From Octopus sinensis (taxonomy: Eukaryota): a stretch of 64,000 nucleotides of DNA. The number at the start of each line of letters is the position of its first letter. Position 1 is the stretch's first letter. Below, piece after piece: positions 48,685-61,024 of this stretch. Made by a program: the position numbers and the translations under genes. Location: positions 29,140,001 through 29,204,000 of the forward strand of contig NC_043003.1 of NCBI RefSeq assembly GCF_006345805.1, given 5' to 3'. A model generated the notes under the pieces. The model worked only from the letters and a program-made list of their open reading frames with translations, was not told the origin of the DNA and ran no database searches.

Positions 48685-49143
48685 AGGCGGTGAGCTGGCA
48701 AAATCGTTAGCACGCCGGGCGAAATGTTTAGCGGTATTTCGTCTGTTGCTACGTTCTGAGTTCAAATTCTGCCGAGTTCGACTTTGCCTTTCGTCCTCTC
48801 GAGGTCGATAAATTAAGTACCAGTAACACACTGGTATCCGTGTAATCGACTCATCCTCTTCCACAAACATAACTACCCTTGTGACAATATTTGAAAGTAG
48901 TAGTAGTAGTTAGTAGTAGTAGTAGTAGTAAGGTGACGAGCTGACATAATCGTTAGCACGCCTGGCAAAATGCTTCGCAGCATTTCGTCTGTCTTTACGT
49001 TCTGAGTTCAAATTCCGCCGAGGTCGACTTTGCCTTTCATCCTTTTGGGTCGATAAATCAAGTACCGTTGCGTGCTGAGGTTGATGTAACCGACTGGCCC
49101 CCTCCCCACAAATTTCAGGCCTTGTACTTGAAAGTGGAAAGGA
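48685..49143 (+). mobile_element. Two family A SINEs in tandem
   Basis: About 48685-48890 and 48930-49143, the latter with (ATT)n tail. Confidence 0.85.
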
Positions 49144-49296
49144 TTATTATTATTATTATTATTTTCATCAGATAACAACTTATCAATTATAGCCATTTCT
49201 GAGAGAGAGAGAGGAGGGAAGAGGGGATAAATCTAATCTAGCATTTGACAGATACTTTATTTATTGACCTTGAGAGAATATATATATATATACATA

Positions 49297-49355
49297 CAGT
49301 GATCCCTCGCTACTTCGCGGTTCAACTATCGCGGATTCACGACTTCGCGGATTTT
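49297..49355 (+). mobile_element. pogo/Tigger-like TIR
   Basis: TA|CAGTGATCCCTCGCTACTTCGCGG; no matching right TIR found. Confidence 0.55.
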
Positions 49356-49380
49356 TAAAATATATATGTATGAATATAAA

Positions 49381-49590
49381 GTTAATCCAAACAAGAAAGC
49401 ACAAAAAAACACAACAACGCGAGGACGTGGAACAAATGTAGTATTATTAGACGCTCAGGAAAGAAGGAAAGAAGGAGGGTTTAACGTTTCGAGCGGAGCT
49501 CTTCGTCGGAAACATAGGAGAAGGAAAGATCCAGAGAAGGGAAGACAGAGGAAAAAAATTGCCAACGGTACACACGCGGTCACATTTTGA
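49381..49590 (-). mobile_element. Penelope-like non-autonomous fragment with hammerhead motif
   Basis: Same layout as 2131-2310; its end recurs in reverse at about 9735-9781. Confidence 0.55.
49479..49513 (-). ncRNA. Minimal type I hammerhead-like motif (U4C core variant)
   Basis: rc reads GTTT-CCGACGA-A-GAGC TCC GCTC-GAAACGTT-AAAC. Confidence 0.6.
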
Positions 49591-49998
49591 ATACGTAAAA
49601 ATACATGTAAATAAAACCCATGTGGGATGCGTATGGAAGGAAGTGTGATAAAAAGAGAACTGATGAAAAATTTTTGTACTAAAATTAAGAGCGGTTAAGA
49701 GTTTCAATTAAAAGATCCATAGAGTCGATGTATTTTTTTTTTATATATAAATAGTATATAAGGTATATAATACAGTTCGAGGAAGTCCACTTTTCACGGC
49801 CAGTATATAAGGTATTAAATACTTTATATGCCATTTATATATTTAAAAAAAAACACATCGATCTCTATGGATCTTTTAATTGGAACTCTTAAACGCTCTT
49901 AATTTTAGTACAAAAAAAAAATTTATCAGTTCTGTTTTTCTGACACTTCCTTTCATAAGTATCCCATATGGGTTTTATTTACAGGAATTTTTATGTAT
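49591..49998. mobile_element. Foldback structure, ~165-bp imperfect arms
   Basis: 49591-49752 versus 49833-49998 are reverse-complementary around an 80-bp spacer. Confidence 0.8.
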
Positions 49999-50132
49999 AT
50001 TTATATTTATATTTCATAAATATTTTTTTTAATATTCATATATGTCGATATGTATTAATATATGTATGCGCATTTTAAGTCGAATTTATAACTGTATGAG
50101 TATGAATGCCTAATCTGAGTTTATATCTTAAT

Positions 50133-50216
<84 letters not shown>

Positions 50217-50309
50217 CTTATATATATATATATATACATACATACTTATATATATATACATACATACATATATACACATATATATATACACATACACTCA
50301 CACACCCAC

Positions 50310-50530
50310 ATACACAGAGTCGCATTTCTCTGTTCGTATTTACGTATGTTTGAAGGCAATCAGACCAAATTTTCATCATTTCGAGCTACTAACCCAATGA
50401 GTATTTCTACCAAATTTACTGAAAATCCGTTCGGCCATTTTCCAGAAAATCCGTTCAGCCGTTTCCACAGACAATCAGACAAAGACTAGAAATTACACTC
50501 TTCTTTCACTTCCGCGCGCAAGGTAAAAAA
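50310..50530 (+). mobile_element. Possible Helentron/DINE-1-like non-autonomous element end
   Basis: ACCAAATTT(T/A)C..GAAAATCCGTTC(G/A)GCC(A/G)TTT duplicated, then ACAGAC.. and a GC-rich end; resemblance from memory only. Confidence 0.3.
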
Positions 50531-50684
50531 GAGGGAAAGAATTTATTCAAATTTCAACACAAGCTATAAGAGGGAGAATACAGCTACAAAGACCCCTAAA
50601 ATTAAAAACACTACGATAAAAATATTTTTCTTGTTAATTGTTAATTCAACATTGGAAAGGATTGAAATAAAAACAATGTAGAAG

Positions 50685-50765
50685 GGCGCAGGAATGGTTG
50701 TGTGGTAAGTAGCTTGCTTACCAACCACATACTGAAAGAAACACGTCGTATATATGTATATATAT

Positions 50766-50858
<93 letters not shown>

Positions 50859-51105
50859 GTATGTATGTATATGTATATGTATGTGTATGTATTTGTGCGT
50901 CTGTGTTTGTCCCCCAACATCGCTTGACAGCCGATGCTGGTGTGTTTACGTCCCCGTAACTTAGCGGTTCGGCAAAAGAGACCTGTAGAATAAGTACTAG
51001 GCTTACAAAGAATTAGTCGTGGGGTCGATTTGCTCGACTAAAGACGGTGCTCCAGCATGCCCGCAGTCAAATGACTGAAACAAGTAAAAGAGTAAAAGAG
51101 TAAAA
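50685..51105 (+). mobile_element. SINE family B with internal deletion of the CORE-like domain
   Basis: Head joins directly to ACTGAAAGAA; long (TA)n spacer; complete tail. Confidence 0.85.
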
Positions 51106-52647
51106 TGAAAGAATTTATCTGAAAACCCAATATAAAACAAATTATTTTGGACCTTGACTCGTCATCTGGTATGCTTCCGCTCATTGAAAACATTATGACC
51201 TATACGTTCTTTAATTCTGAAAAAAATTTCCGACATCCTCCAGACAGCTAATGTCTTTTTATATAGCGCATCCTGCTTTCTACTCGTCACTCAGTTCAGA
51301 GATCACAACACCCCACAAATAGGATGCTACCACCAAGGTTAAGAACCTCTGATATGGAGAGTCAGACGACAACGACGATAATGGTAATGATGGACGTGAC
51401 CATGATCATGATGATGAAAATGATGTATAATAATGATGTATAATAATCGTATAATAATGGTGGTGGTGGTGGTGGTGGTGGTGGTGGTGGAGGAGGAAAT
51501 GATGATGATGATGATGATGATGACAACGACGGTGGTGGTGGCAGTGACTATTACGATGTTCTGTTTGTGTCAGTGTGTAAAACCAATAATTATTTTTCAA
51601 GTGCTAGTTACTGCAATTGTCATTGACGACAACCCTGAACTTAAGCCAACCAAGGCAGCCATGACATGTTCCATACAAACAAAATTGATTTATTTTATTC
51701 CAGTTTACTTGTTTTAGTGGGGTTTTTTTATATATTTATCTATTTATTTAATTTAGTCGTTTATTTGTTTGCTTGTTGGAAGCTTTCCAATCTATTTAAT
51801 ACAGATCAAAAGAAATACAGAACTTTGTTAAGCTGACAGCCTCTCTAGTACAATTAAAGTTCACGACTGTTAATTAGCTTAACTTCCTAACAGTCACCCC
51901 AACGTAACAATACAACAATAAATAGGAAAATATATAAATATTCAACGTAAAGAAAAGAAGACAACAAAATATCAGCTATCGTCTGCCTTTGGAAATGTGC
52001 CGTCAGTTTGAGGTGGGAAAGGCAGTGGTTTTCAAGCATTGTACTGAATGTATATATATTTTTAAAATTGTTATTTCCATTGATGTTACTTGCTTTGTAC
52101 TCGTTGTCAAAATGATGAGTTTTTTTGTGTTTTTTTTTTTTTTTGCCATTTCAAGTTTAAGTTCAAATTCATATTTCTGCGATGAATTTTGCTTACTTCT
52201 AACTTTTCTTTTCTTTCATTTCACCTACACAACCACCACTACAACCTAGTGTTAAGCTGTTTACATCATTCGGCGAACAATTATTTATTTTCTTTGGAAG
52301 GAAATGTCCAAGCTAGGAAGAAAATACTGGCATATATTAAACTTTTAAGGCCCAAGAAGGCCGAAATGTGCCTGTTGGGACAATGTTTACCTCGTTCTGA
52401 TATATTCTGCGTTATTAAGACAGTTACGAAGAAGTGATTTTTCTCTAATGTAAAAACCACAGCATTGTACCTTTCATGATTGTTTGGTACACAGATAGCC
52501 ATTTTAACTTAATGCTGTTTCAGTTGCATTCACCGGGTTTTATTCAGCACAACAATCTTTCTGTAAAATTATTGAAAGTATTGTTCATTGTTCTCTTTAC
52601 ACTGGAGAGTATAAATTTCGTCTAGGCATGTGACGACTGAGTACAAA

Positions 52648-52684
52648 TCATTGACAAGACCCAAAATGGTCGAAACATGTCTGA
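52648..52684 (+). ncRNA. Minimal hammerhead-like motif with U3:A8 compensatory core
   Basis: TCA-TTGACAA-GACC CAAAAT GGTC-GAAACATGTC-TGA. Confidence 0.6.
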
Positions 52685-52974
52685 CGTTCTCATGAGTCAG
52701 TTACAACATGGTCGCCTCGCTCTGATAAATATTGCTTTTCATACATGCCTATGAGGAGATTTTCTTTTAGACAAAAACCATAGCATCACGCCTTTCAATA
52801 GTGCATATACATTTAATATGAAACGCAGATGGAGATTATAATTTTGATATAACTTTGAAATTTTTACGATTTTATTAATCTTGTGAAAGGCCATTAATCA
52901 GTTCTCTTGATGTGATAATATAGCGAGTAGTGTTCTGTCACAGACATCGTATCATATCGGTGACCAAGACTCAA

Positions 52975-53967
52975 ATCTAATCAAGGAGGTTGCAGTCTGG
53001 ACAGTTAGGTGGCCAGATGTTAGGGGTGATGTGGTTGCAGAAATTGTCTGACAGCCATGACAGGGTTCTCCTGCTTGTGGGGCATGGTACAGAGTCCTGT
53101 TGCCAGACATAGAGTCCTCCAGCAGTCCTCTTCTTGACTCAGAGCAGCACTACCTCCTCTAGGCACTTAATGTAAGCCTCTATGTTGAATCTGCGGCTGC
53201 GTGGGAAGATGAATAGAGGCATAACATAGCCATCACCAGTGATCACTCCAAACACCATAATGTTGACTGGATGCTTGATCTTTATCATTCTCGGTACATG
53301 TTTTGGGGATACGGCAAGCCAACGGTTGTCCTGTATGTCCACCATCTGATCCTCGCAGAAATTTTTCTCGTCTAAGAAAAACCAAAGCATGTTCGGTCGG
53401 AGGGGATGCTTAAGTTTGTTCAAAAGCTTCATAGCATGGTCTTTCCTCTTGTTCTTGATGGCTTGGGGTAAAAATTGGCACTTTCTCATCTTGTATGAGG
53501 AATTCCGAATGTCTTCATTCATCACCTGCTTCATAAAAAAAAAAAAATTAAACACTCCCATGTAACTGGCGATGGACCTGATTGACTTGGAGGGATCATT
53601 GTCAATCTGCCTGGACCTCACCAAGAAATTCAGGAGTTCTTTTCTTATCAGAACGATCTGAGTATGTTTTCCGAGCTACCGCACCTTCGTAATCACCATT
53701 AAACTCATCAAAGTCTTTCCGAATCCTCTGCACTGTCCTCAGACTGACGCCGAAACACTCTGAAATATTCGTATTGGAGCTTCCAGCGCGAATGTCAAAC
53801 AGTAAAGCATGTCGTTTCCAAATTTCTGGCGGAGTGAATTGCGTCATGGTGCTGTTTTTCTCACAGACGGTACCCAACTGACCCTACTATACTGAGTAAC
53901 TGACAAAATCAAAAACAATGTGCATGCACGAAATAAAAAATATAAAATAGCGACAATTTACCCATCG
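52975..53967 (-). mobile_element. maT-like (DD37D) transposon, 3'-truncated pseudo-transposase with one TIR
   Basis: VSLRTVQRIRK HTH, WFFLDEKNF, VMPLFIFP, YVWQQDSVP, IWPPNCPDCN; terminus ...TTTACCCATCG|TA. Confidence 0.9.
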
Positions 53968-53973
53968 TATGTA

Positions 53974-54300
<327 letters not shown>

Positions 54301-54556
54301 TTCATGCATACATATATACATACATGCATATTTACATATATGATTTTATCAGTTATAAAATATATTTCTGTATGCATCAATGTATGTATGCACCGTCCCT
54401 ATCATCGTATTTACGTTTGCTTTTGCAATGCTGTTATGGGTTCGATGAGCCTTGAGACATTATTCTACATATTCTCTCTTCCCCCTCCCTTTTCGCATTC
54501 TCTCATTTTCTCTCTTCTCCCCATCTATCTCTCTCTCCCTCTCTGTTTCTCTCTAC

Positions 54557-54627
<71 letters not shown>

Positions 54628-55008
54628 ATTCTAGTTTATAAATCTCTCACACTTTCGCATTCCCTAACATGTAAACTATTGTTAACGTCTGTTCGGTCAA
54701 CTGAGTGAAAATGCCATACGCAAATGTTATAGTGTAAAGAAAAAAGAATATTTGTTTATCAAGCTATGCACAACTTAACAGCCACTCTAACCTTATTAAT
54801 TCTTTCAACTAGTTACGTAAATTAATATTCTCAAGCAGAAATAACCTTCAGAATCAGGAGGCTTTAAAAAAATAAGAAGGAAAAAAAAAAGTAGGAGAGT
54901 AATTTTTCTCTTTCTCCGAATTCTAAACATTCCGATAGGAGGTCAATGGAAAACAATTAAATAAATAAATAAACAACGACAACAACATCAACAGCAACAA
55001 AATAAGTA

Positions 55009-55063
<55 letters not shown>

Positions 55064-55144
55064 GACAACAACAACAACAACAACAACAATAATAATAATA
55101 ATAATAATAGCAATAATAATAATAATAACAATAATAATAATAAA

Positions 55145-55696
55145 TGCCCTGATGCAGTACCAGGCAGTGGCTCTCATGGCTTCTGATCTTAACTGATTGG
55201 AAGTGTTATCATGTACATTGGTTTGTCTTGGTATAAAAGATGGGCTACAGCAAATATTATGCCCAATACTACAGATTTGCTTGTCAGTTTGACCATAACC
55301 AGTTGAGCATGTCCCTTAGTGGCTGACGATATGTGCATCTCTGATCACGAGCAGAAGTAGTGGAGGAGCATCATAGCCATGTGTTGAGAGGGATTCTTTG
55401 GGGTTTGAATAGTTCACCTCTGGAAACATGGGTGATTCTTTCAACATCCTTAAACAACCCTTATTCAGGGACCTTTTGAGCGGGATGGGCTACTCAACCT
55501 GAAGAAAATTCTAACTGGGCCCCACCTGCAAGGTCATGCGCTGTTTATCTTGATATGAGATCACCATGTCGCGCACATATGGTTGTGATGCATGTGCCCG
55601 GTGTACCCTTATCAGATGGGTAGTCATGATGGGTATATTGGGCTTCGTATATTTTACCCCAGTGTCACTTTGATGGCATGCACTGCTCTCTCACTC
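55145..55696 (+). mobile_element. ~550-bp non-coding element embedded in (AAT)n, copy 1
   Basis: Highly similar to 56675-57229 with identical ends TGCCCTGATG..CTCACTC|AAT. Confidence 0.85.
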
Positions 55697-55719
55697 AATA
55701 ATAATAATAATAATTATAG

Positions 55720-56155
55720 TTTCAGATATTGGCACAAGGCCAGCAATTTCTGAGACGGGGTATGTCGATTAAATCAACCCCAGAGCTCAACTGGTACTTA
55801 ATTTATCGACCTCGAAAGGAATGAAAGGCGAAGTCGATCTCGGCGGAGTTTTCACTCAGAACATAAGGGCAAACGAAATGCCACTAAGTAGTTTGCCTGG
55901 CGTGAGAACGATTCTTCTAACTCACCGCCTTAATTGTAATAATCTTTTCTACTAACGACACAAAGTCTGAAAATTTTGGGGAGGAGACTAGACGATTACA
56001 TCGACCCCAGTGTTTCACAGGTACTTAAATTATCGACCCCAAAAGGGTGAAAGGCAAAGTCGACCTCGGTGGAATATGAACTTAGATCGTGCAGACGGAC
56101 GAACTGCTGCTAAGTATTTTGCCCACCGTGCTAACGATTCTGTCAGCTCACCGCC

Positions 56156-56206
<51 letters not shown>

Positions 56207-56606
56207 TAATAATAATAATAATAACAATAACAATAATAGAGCATTATCGCTGTGAAAACAACATCCATTCATGAATTTATTATTATTTTTTTTAATACAT
56301 ATTTTACCTATAAATTTGCATGTGTAATCTGGGAATACATACAATGAGCTTCTCTGCCCTAGGTGTACGGAAAATACTCGGCGAGAAATGGAACAAAATT
56401 TGAAGAAAGAAGGGGAAAAAACAATAATAATAAAGGATTTCAAATTTTGGCACAAGGCCAGCAAGTTCGGGAGGGGAGGCTAGTCGATTACATCGACCCC
56501 AGTGCTCAACTGGTACTTATTTAATCTATCCCGAAAAGATAACTTCAGCGGAATTTGAAGTCAGAACGTAAAACTGGCATGCTAACGATTCTGTCAACTC
56601 GCCACC

Positions 56607-56610
<4 letters not shown>
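55720..56610 (-). mobile_element. Three family A SINEs (tail type 2) in (AAT)n
   Basis: About 55720-55931, 55945-56158 and 56440-56610. Confidence 0.85.
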
Positions 56611-56674
<64 letters not shown>

Positions 56675-57229
56675 TGCCCTGATGCAGTACCAGGCAGTGG
56701 CTCTCATGGCTTCTGATCTTAACTGATTGGAAGTGTTATCATGTACATTGTTTTGTCTTGGTATAAAAGATGGGCTACAGCAAATATTCTGCTCAATACC
56801 ACAGATTTGCTTGTCAGTTGTTTGACCTTAACCAGTTGAGCATGTCCCTTAGTGGCTAACGATATGTGCATCTCTGATCACGAGCAGAAGTAGTGGAGGA
56901 GCATCATAGCCATGTGTTGAGAGGGATTCTTTGGGGTTTGAATAGTTCACCTCTGGAAACATGGGTGGTTCTTTCAACATCCTTAAACAACCCTTATTCA
57001 GGGACCGTTTGAGCGGGATGGGTTACTCGATCTGAAGAAAATTCTAACTGGGCTCCACCTGCAAGGTCATGTGCTGTTTATCTTGATAAGAGATCACCAT
57101 GTCGCGCACATATGGTTGTGATGCATGTGCCTGGTGTACCCTTATCAGACGGGTAGTCATGATGGGTATACTGGGCTTCGTATATTTTACCCCAGTGTCA
57201 CTTTGATGGCATGCTCTGCTCGCTCACTC
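56675..57229 (+). mobile_element. ~550-bp non-coding element embedded in (AAT)n, copy 2
   Basis: See copy 1. Confidence 0.85.
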
Positions 57230-57256
57230 AATAATAATAATAATAATAATAATAAT

Positions 57257-57607
57257 CCTTTCTACTATAGGCATGAGGCCTGAAATTTGGCGGGGAGGGG
57301 GCTAGTCGATTACATCAATCTCAGTACTCAACTGGTACTTAATTTATCGATCCCGAAAAGTTGAAAGGCGAAGTTGACCTCGGCAGAAGTTGGACTTAGA
57401 TTGTAAAGACGGACGAAAAGCCGCTAAACATTTTGCCAGCTCGCCGCTTCAATAATAATCCTTTCTACTATAGACACAAGGCCTGAAAATTTGGGCGGGG
57501 GGCAGTCGATCAGATCAACCTCAGTACACAACTGGTACTTAATTTATCGACCCCGAAAGGATAAAAGGCAAAGTCGACAACGGCGGAATTTGAACTCAGA
57601 ACGTAGC
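57257..57607 (-). mobile_element. Two family A SINEs (tail type 2)
   Basis: About 57257-57450 and 57458-57607. Confidence 0.85.
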
Positions 57608-57611
57608 ATGC

Positions 57612-57943
57612 CCAGCTGACAAGAAGGTATGCGATAAGGAAGAAAGAAAAGTTGAGAGATATGACAGGTTAGCTTGGGAGGTTAAGCAGTTGAGGTCGAT
57701 GAAAAAGGTAGCAGTAGTACCAATAATTGTCGGAGCCCTGGGAACAGTGAGCAAAAATCTCGAGAATTACGTGGAACAAATAGAGGCTGCAATAAGGGTG
57801 GAGCATTTGCAGAAAACAGCACTGCTCGGAACCGCTCGAATACTTCGGAAGGTGCTCGAAAACTAAGAGGTGTTACCTTAGTTCACTGGTAGTGAACAGC
57901 TGACACCGTAGTACACCTCCAGCGTTAGGAGTTGTGCAAAGGC
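57612..57943 (+). mobile_element. R4-like RLE 3' end (family of 38500-38965)
   Basis: KEERKVERYDRLAWEVKQL..VPIIVGALG..LQKTALLGTARILRKVLEN*; tail GTGCAAAGGC|AATGATAAC. Confidence 0.9.
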
Positions 57944-58004
57944 AATGATAACAACAACAACAACAACAATTATAATGACAATAATAATAATAATAATAAT
58001 AATT

Positions 58005-58590
58005 GTTTCTTTATTAACTACTGATGGTTTACAAAAAATGTCGAGGACGTTACAGAACGGCACAATTTGAAATTTCGTGAAAGAGCGTATAAAGTGAAAA
58101 ATAACAGTAACAATAAAGATATTAACAATGAATAATTCCCCCACATACACAAACCCAAAAAGATAAATCTTCTGAAGGTTGCACGGGGAAATCTCACTAA
58201 CCACGATTACCTTGACCATTATGGCTTTTCTTCTGAGGTTTTTATTCTTCAATTTACAGGCGCATGTTCAGAGTAGGGCATTTCATTCAGGCTATGCTTT
58301 CCACTCTCATCCACCTTTGACAAATTTGCTGAAAGCAGCACTTCCCTCTGCCCCTTCACTTTACTTTCAGCAGAAACTTGAAAAAGTTAATGAGAAGCTT
58401 GCCCAAAGAGGAAGGTGTCTGTCTTCACAACTTTCAATCTGGTCATTTTGCTAAGGTCACCTGACAGATAAACAGCGAGACGATCTTCACAATCGACACA
58501 GCTGATCGCCGGATCCATATTCGACATAAACCCCAAGCTGCTTGACATAAACCCACAAGTGAGCAATGCTTGGGCACTGAACAATTATTA
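58005..58590 (-). mobile_element. Probable Tx1/L1-clade LINE 3' fragment
   Basis: Frameshifted LWVYVKQL..SAVSIVKIVS..TRLK..LINFFKF..KV..REVL..RWMRV; 3' end AATAAAGAAACA(ATT)n. Confidence 0.5.
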
Positions 58591-58595
58591 TTATA

Positions 58596-58650
<55 letters not shown>

Positions 58651-58678
58651 ATTATTATTGATATTATTATTATTATTA

Positions 58679-58711
<33 letters not shown>

Positions 58712-58870
58712 CTATGTTTGACTTTTGCTTTTTATTTGTACAAGTTGGCTCCAAGTCTTACCCAGAGACCTCAAGAGACAACAGGTTGGAAGTTCATGTT
58801 GTTGTTATGCCTAGTGTGCCATATATCTTTTTTTTTGGGGGGGGGGTGTACTAATGAATGTCTAAAAAAA
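58712..58870 (-). mobile_element. 3' UTR of the R4/Dong-like family at 35728-37150
   Basis: rc of about 36990-37150, preceded by (ATT)n. Confidence 0.9.
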
Positions 58871-59664
58871 AAATTTATTATTATTATTATTATTATCAAG
58901 GTGGCGAGCAGGCAGAATGGCATTGGTATATTTATAAAAATAACATTTTAGAGCCGGTGACGAAATACGAACTCATGAACCCTCCAGTTTGTGTTCTGAC
59001 TCCGTATCAAAAAGATCACCCATGTTTGATTAATTCTCAGAAAATCCGCAGCTTCACAGATTACTGTCAATGCCACCAATCCACTAGATAATAATTCATT
59101 AAAAGTATTGATTACTTTCATTAACACGATGTCTCAAATTTACGGTGAAGGTCACTGTGGGCTATAATCAACAATGGTACTTGTCTGCTATGATATTTTA
59201 TCAACACCCGCTGAGATATAACACTGGAAAGTTGTCATCGGTGTGATTAGAACCCACAACGCAATGATCCGTAACACACTGCGAGGCTTTAAATTTTTTT
59301 CTACGCTCCAATGATTCTCTCGATCCGCTGTTCAATGCTTCATTAAGAATATTAACATAAAAACTTGTTTTGATGCACGACGACAAACTTGAAAACACAA
59401 ACAAACACACTCACACACACACAAACAGATATACGGACAGAAAGACAGAGAAATAAATAAGCAGACAGACAGGCAGACAGAGAGTAATTGTTTGCAAACA
59501 CAAACAATATAATATACTAGCTAAGAGGACAGCTTAAGAGGAATCAGTCCAAGGACAGCCCTAGAATTACCTATAAATCAATGAAGTAGTTAGTGTACAA
59601 CGCTGAGCAATTAACGAAAAGGTTAAGATGTAATACCGTATACACATGCACATACACGCATACA

Positions 59665-59697
59665 TATGTATATATATATATATATGTATATATATAC

Positions 59698-59757
<60 letters not shown>

Positions 59758-59849
59758 ATATATATATATATATATAATATATATATATATACATATATAT
59801 ATATTATATATATATATATTATATATATACATATATATATATATATATA

Positions 59850-59881
<32 letters not shown>

Positions 59882-59955
59882 GATATATATATATATATAT
59901 ATATATATCTATATATATATATATATTATATATATTATATAATATATATATATAA
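59665..59955. repeat. (TA)n compound microsatellite
   Basis: Direct observation. Confidence 0.95.
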
Positions 59956-60226
59956 CATATTATATTCAGTAATAATCCGACATGATACTGCACAAGATAA
60001 TAAAACTACAAGCAGCTTCAGTGTGTTGTTTAATGTCAAGGTGACGAATAGATGCAGCGAATATAGCGCTATAAACAAACAAATGCAAATTACTGTGAAC
60101 GAACTCTCAAGGCCGATGTGGGGAAAAGGAAAGTATGACGACGTTTCGGACTTCTGATCTTCGTCAAGAAGAAAAAAAGAGGGTAAGAAGAAATTGGATG
60201 AGTGAAAATATGACGTTGCATCAGAC

Positions 60227-60265
<39 letters not shown>

Positions 60266-60962
60266 CATATGTATATGTGTGTGTGTGTGTGTGTATGTAT
60301 TATATATATATATATATATATTAATATATATATGTATGTATGTTTAAATATATGTATGCTTATATAGCTGCATGTATGTATGCATGCATGTATATGTATG
60401 TTTTTTCTTGAGATTTATTTAAGATTTTTTTCTTTTGCAGAATTCAAGCCAATCGCTAACACAGTGAAAGGTTCTTTTGTTTAAGTCTAAACAACTCTTT
60501 GTGTTTAGTGGTTAGTGTGTAAATGTGTGTATGTGTGTATGTGCGTGTGCTCGCACGTGTTTGTGAGCGATAAACTTGCAACTATGAATGAGGTGTGCAT
60601 GTAGGCTTCATTTCTGTTTTTATGTGTGTGTATGCCTGTGTTGTATGCCTGTTATTGTATTTAGTATAGGCGCGTTTTCGTCAGGCACCTCAAATGGAGA
60701 ATCCCTGGAATGTTTTATAAAGTGTCACTTATGCCTCTAATCAATTGCATTTGAATATGGACCAATTTACTTCGTTTGTTCTTGGAGAACCTCGGCATTT
60801 TATGCTATCATTTAATTTTATGGATACATAACCTTGAACACCTATGAAAATAGGTACAAATGAAAAAAGATATATAAACTGGGTATAAGAGCTGTAAATT
60901 TTTCCCTAGTTTTCCATAGATACAGCCTCTTTTCCAATTTTCGACAAAGCATTGTATGTATG

Positions 60963-60996
<34 letters not shown>

Positions 60997-61024
60997 TGTA
61001 TGTATGTATGTATGTATGTATGCT

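Noticed and set aside
55145-55260. HDV-like ribozyme at the end of the 550-bp element
   Set aside because: I could not build the nested double pseudoknot by hand on either strand.
60425-60480. Strong plus-strand acceptor TTTTTTCTTTTGCAG followed by FKPIANTVK
   Set aside because: No good donor, very short frame and no supporting exons.
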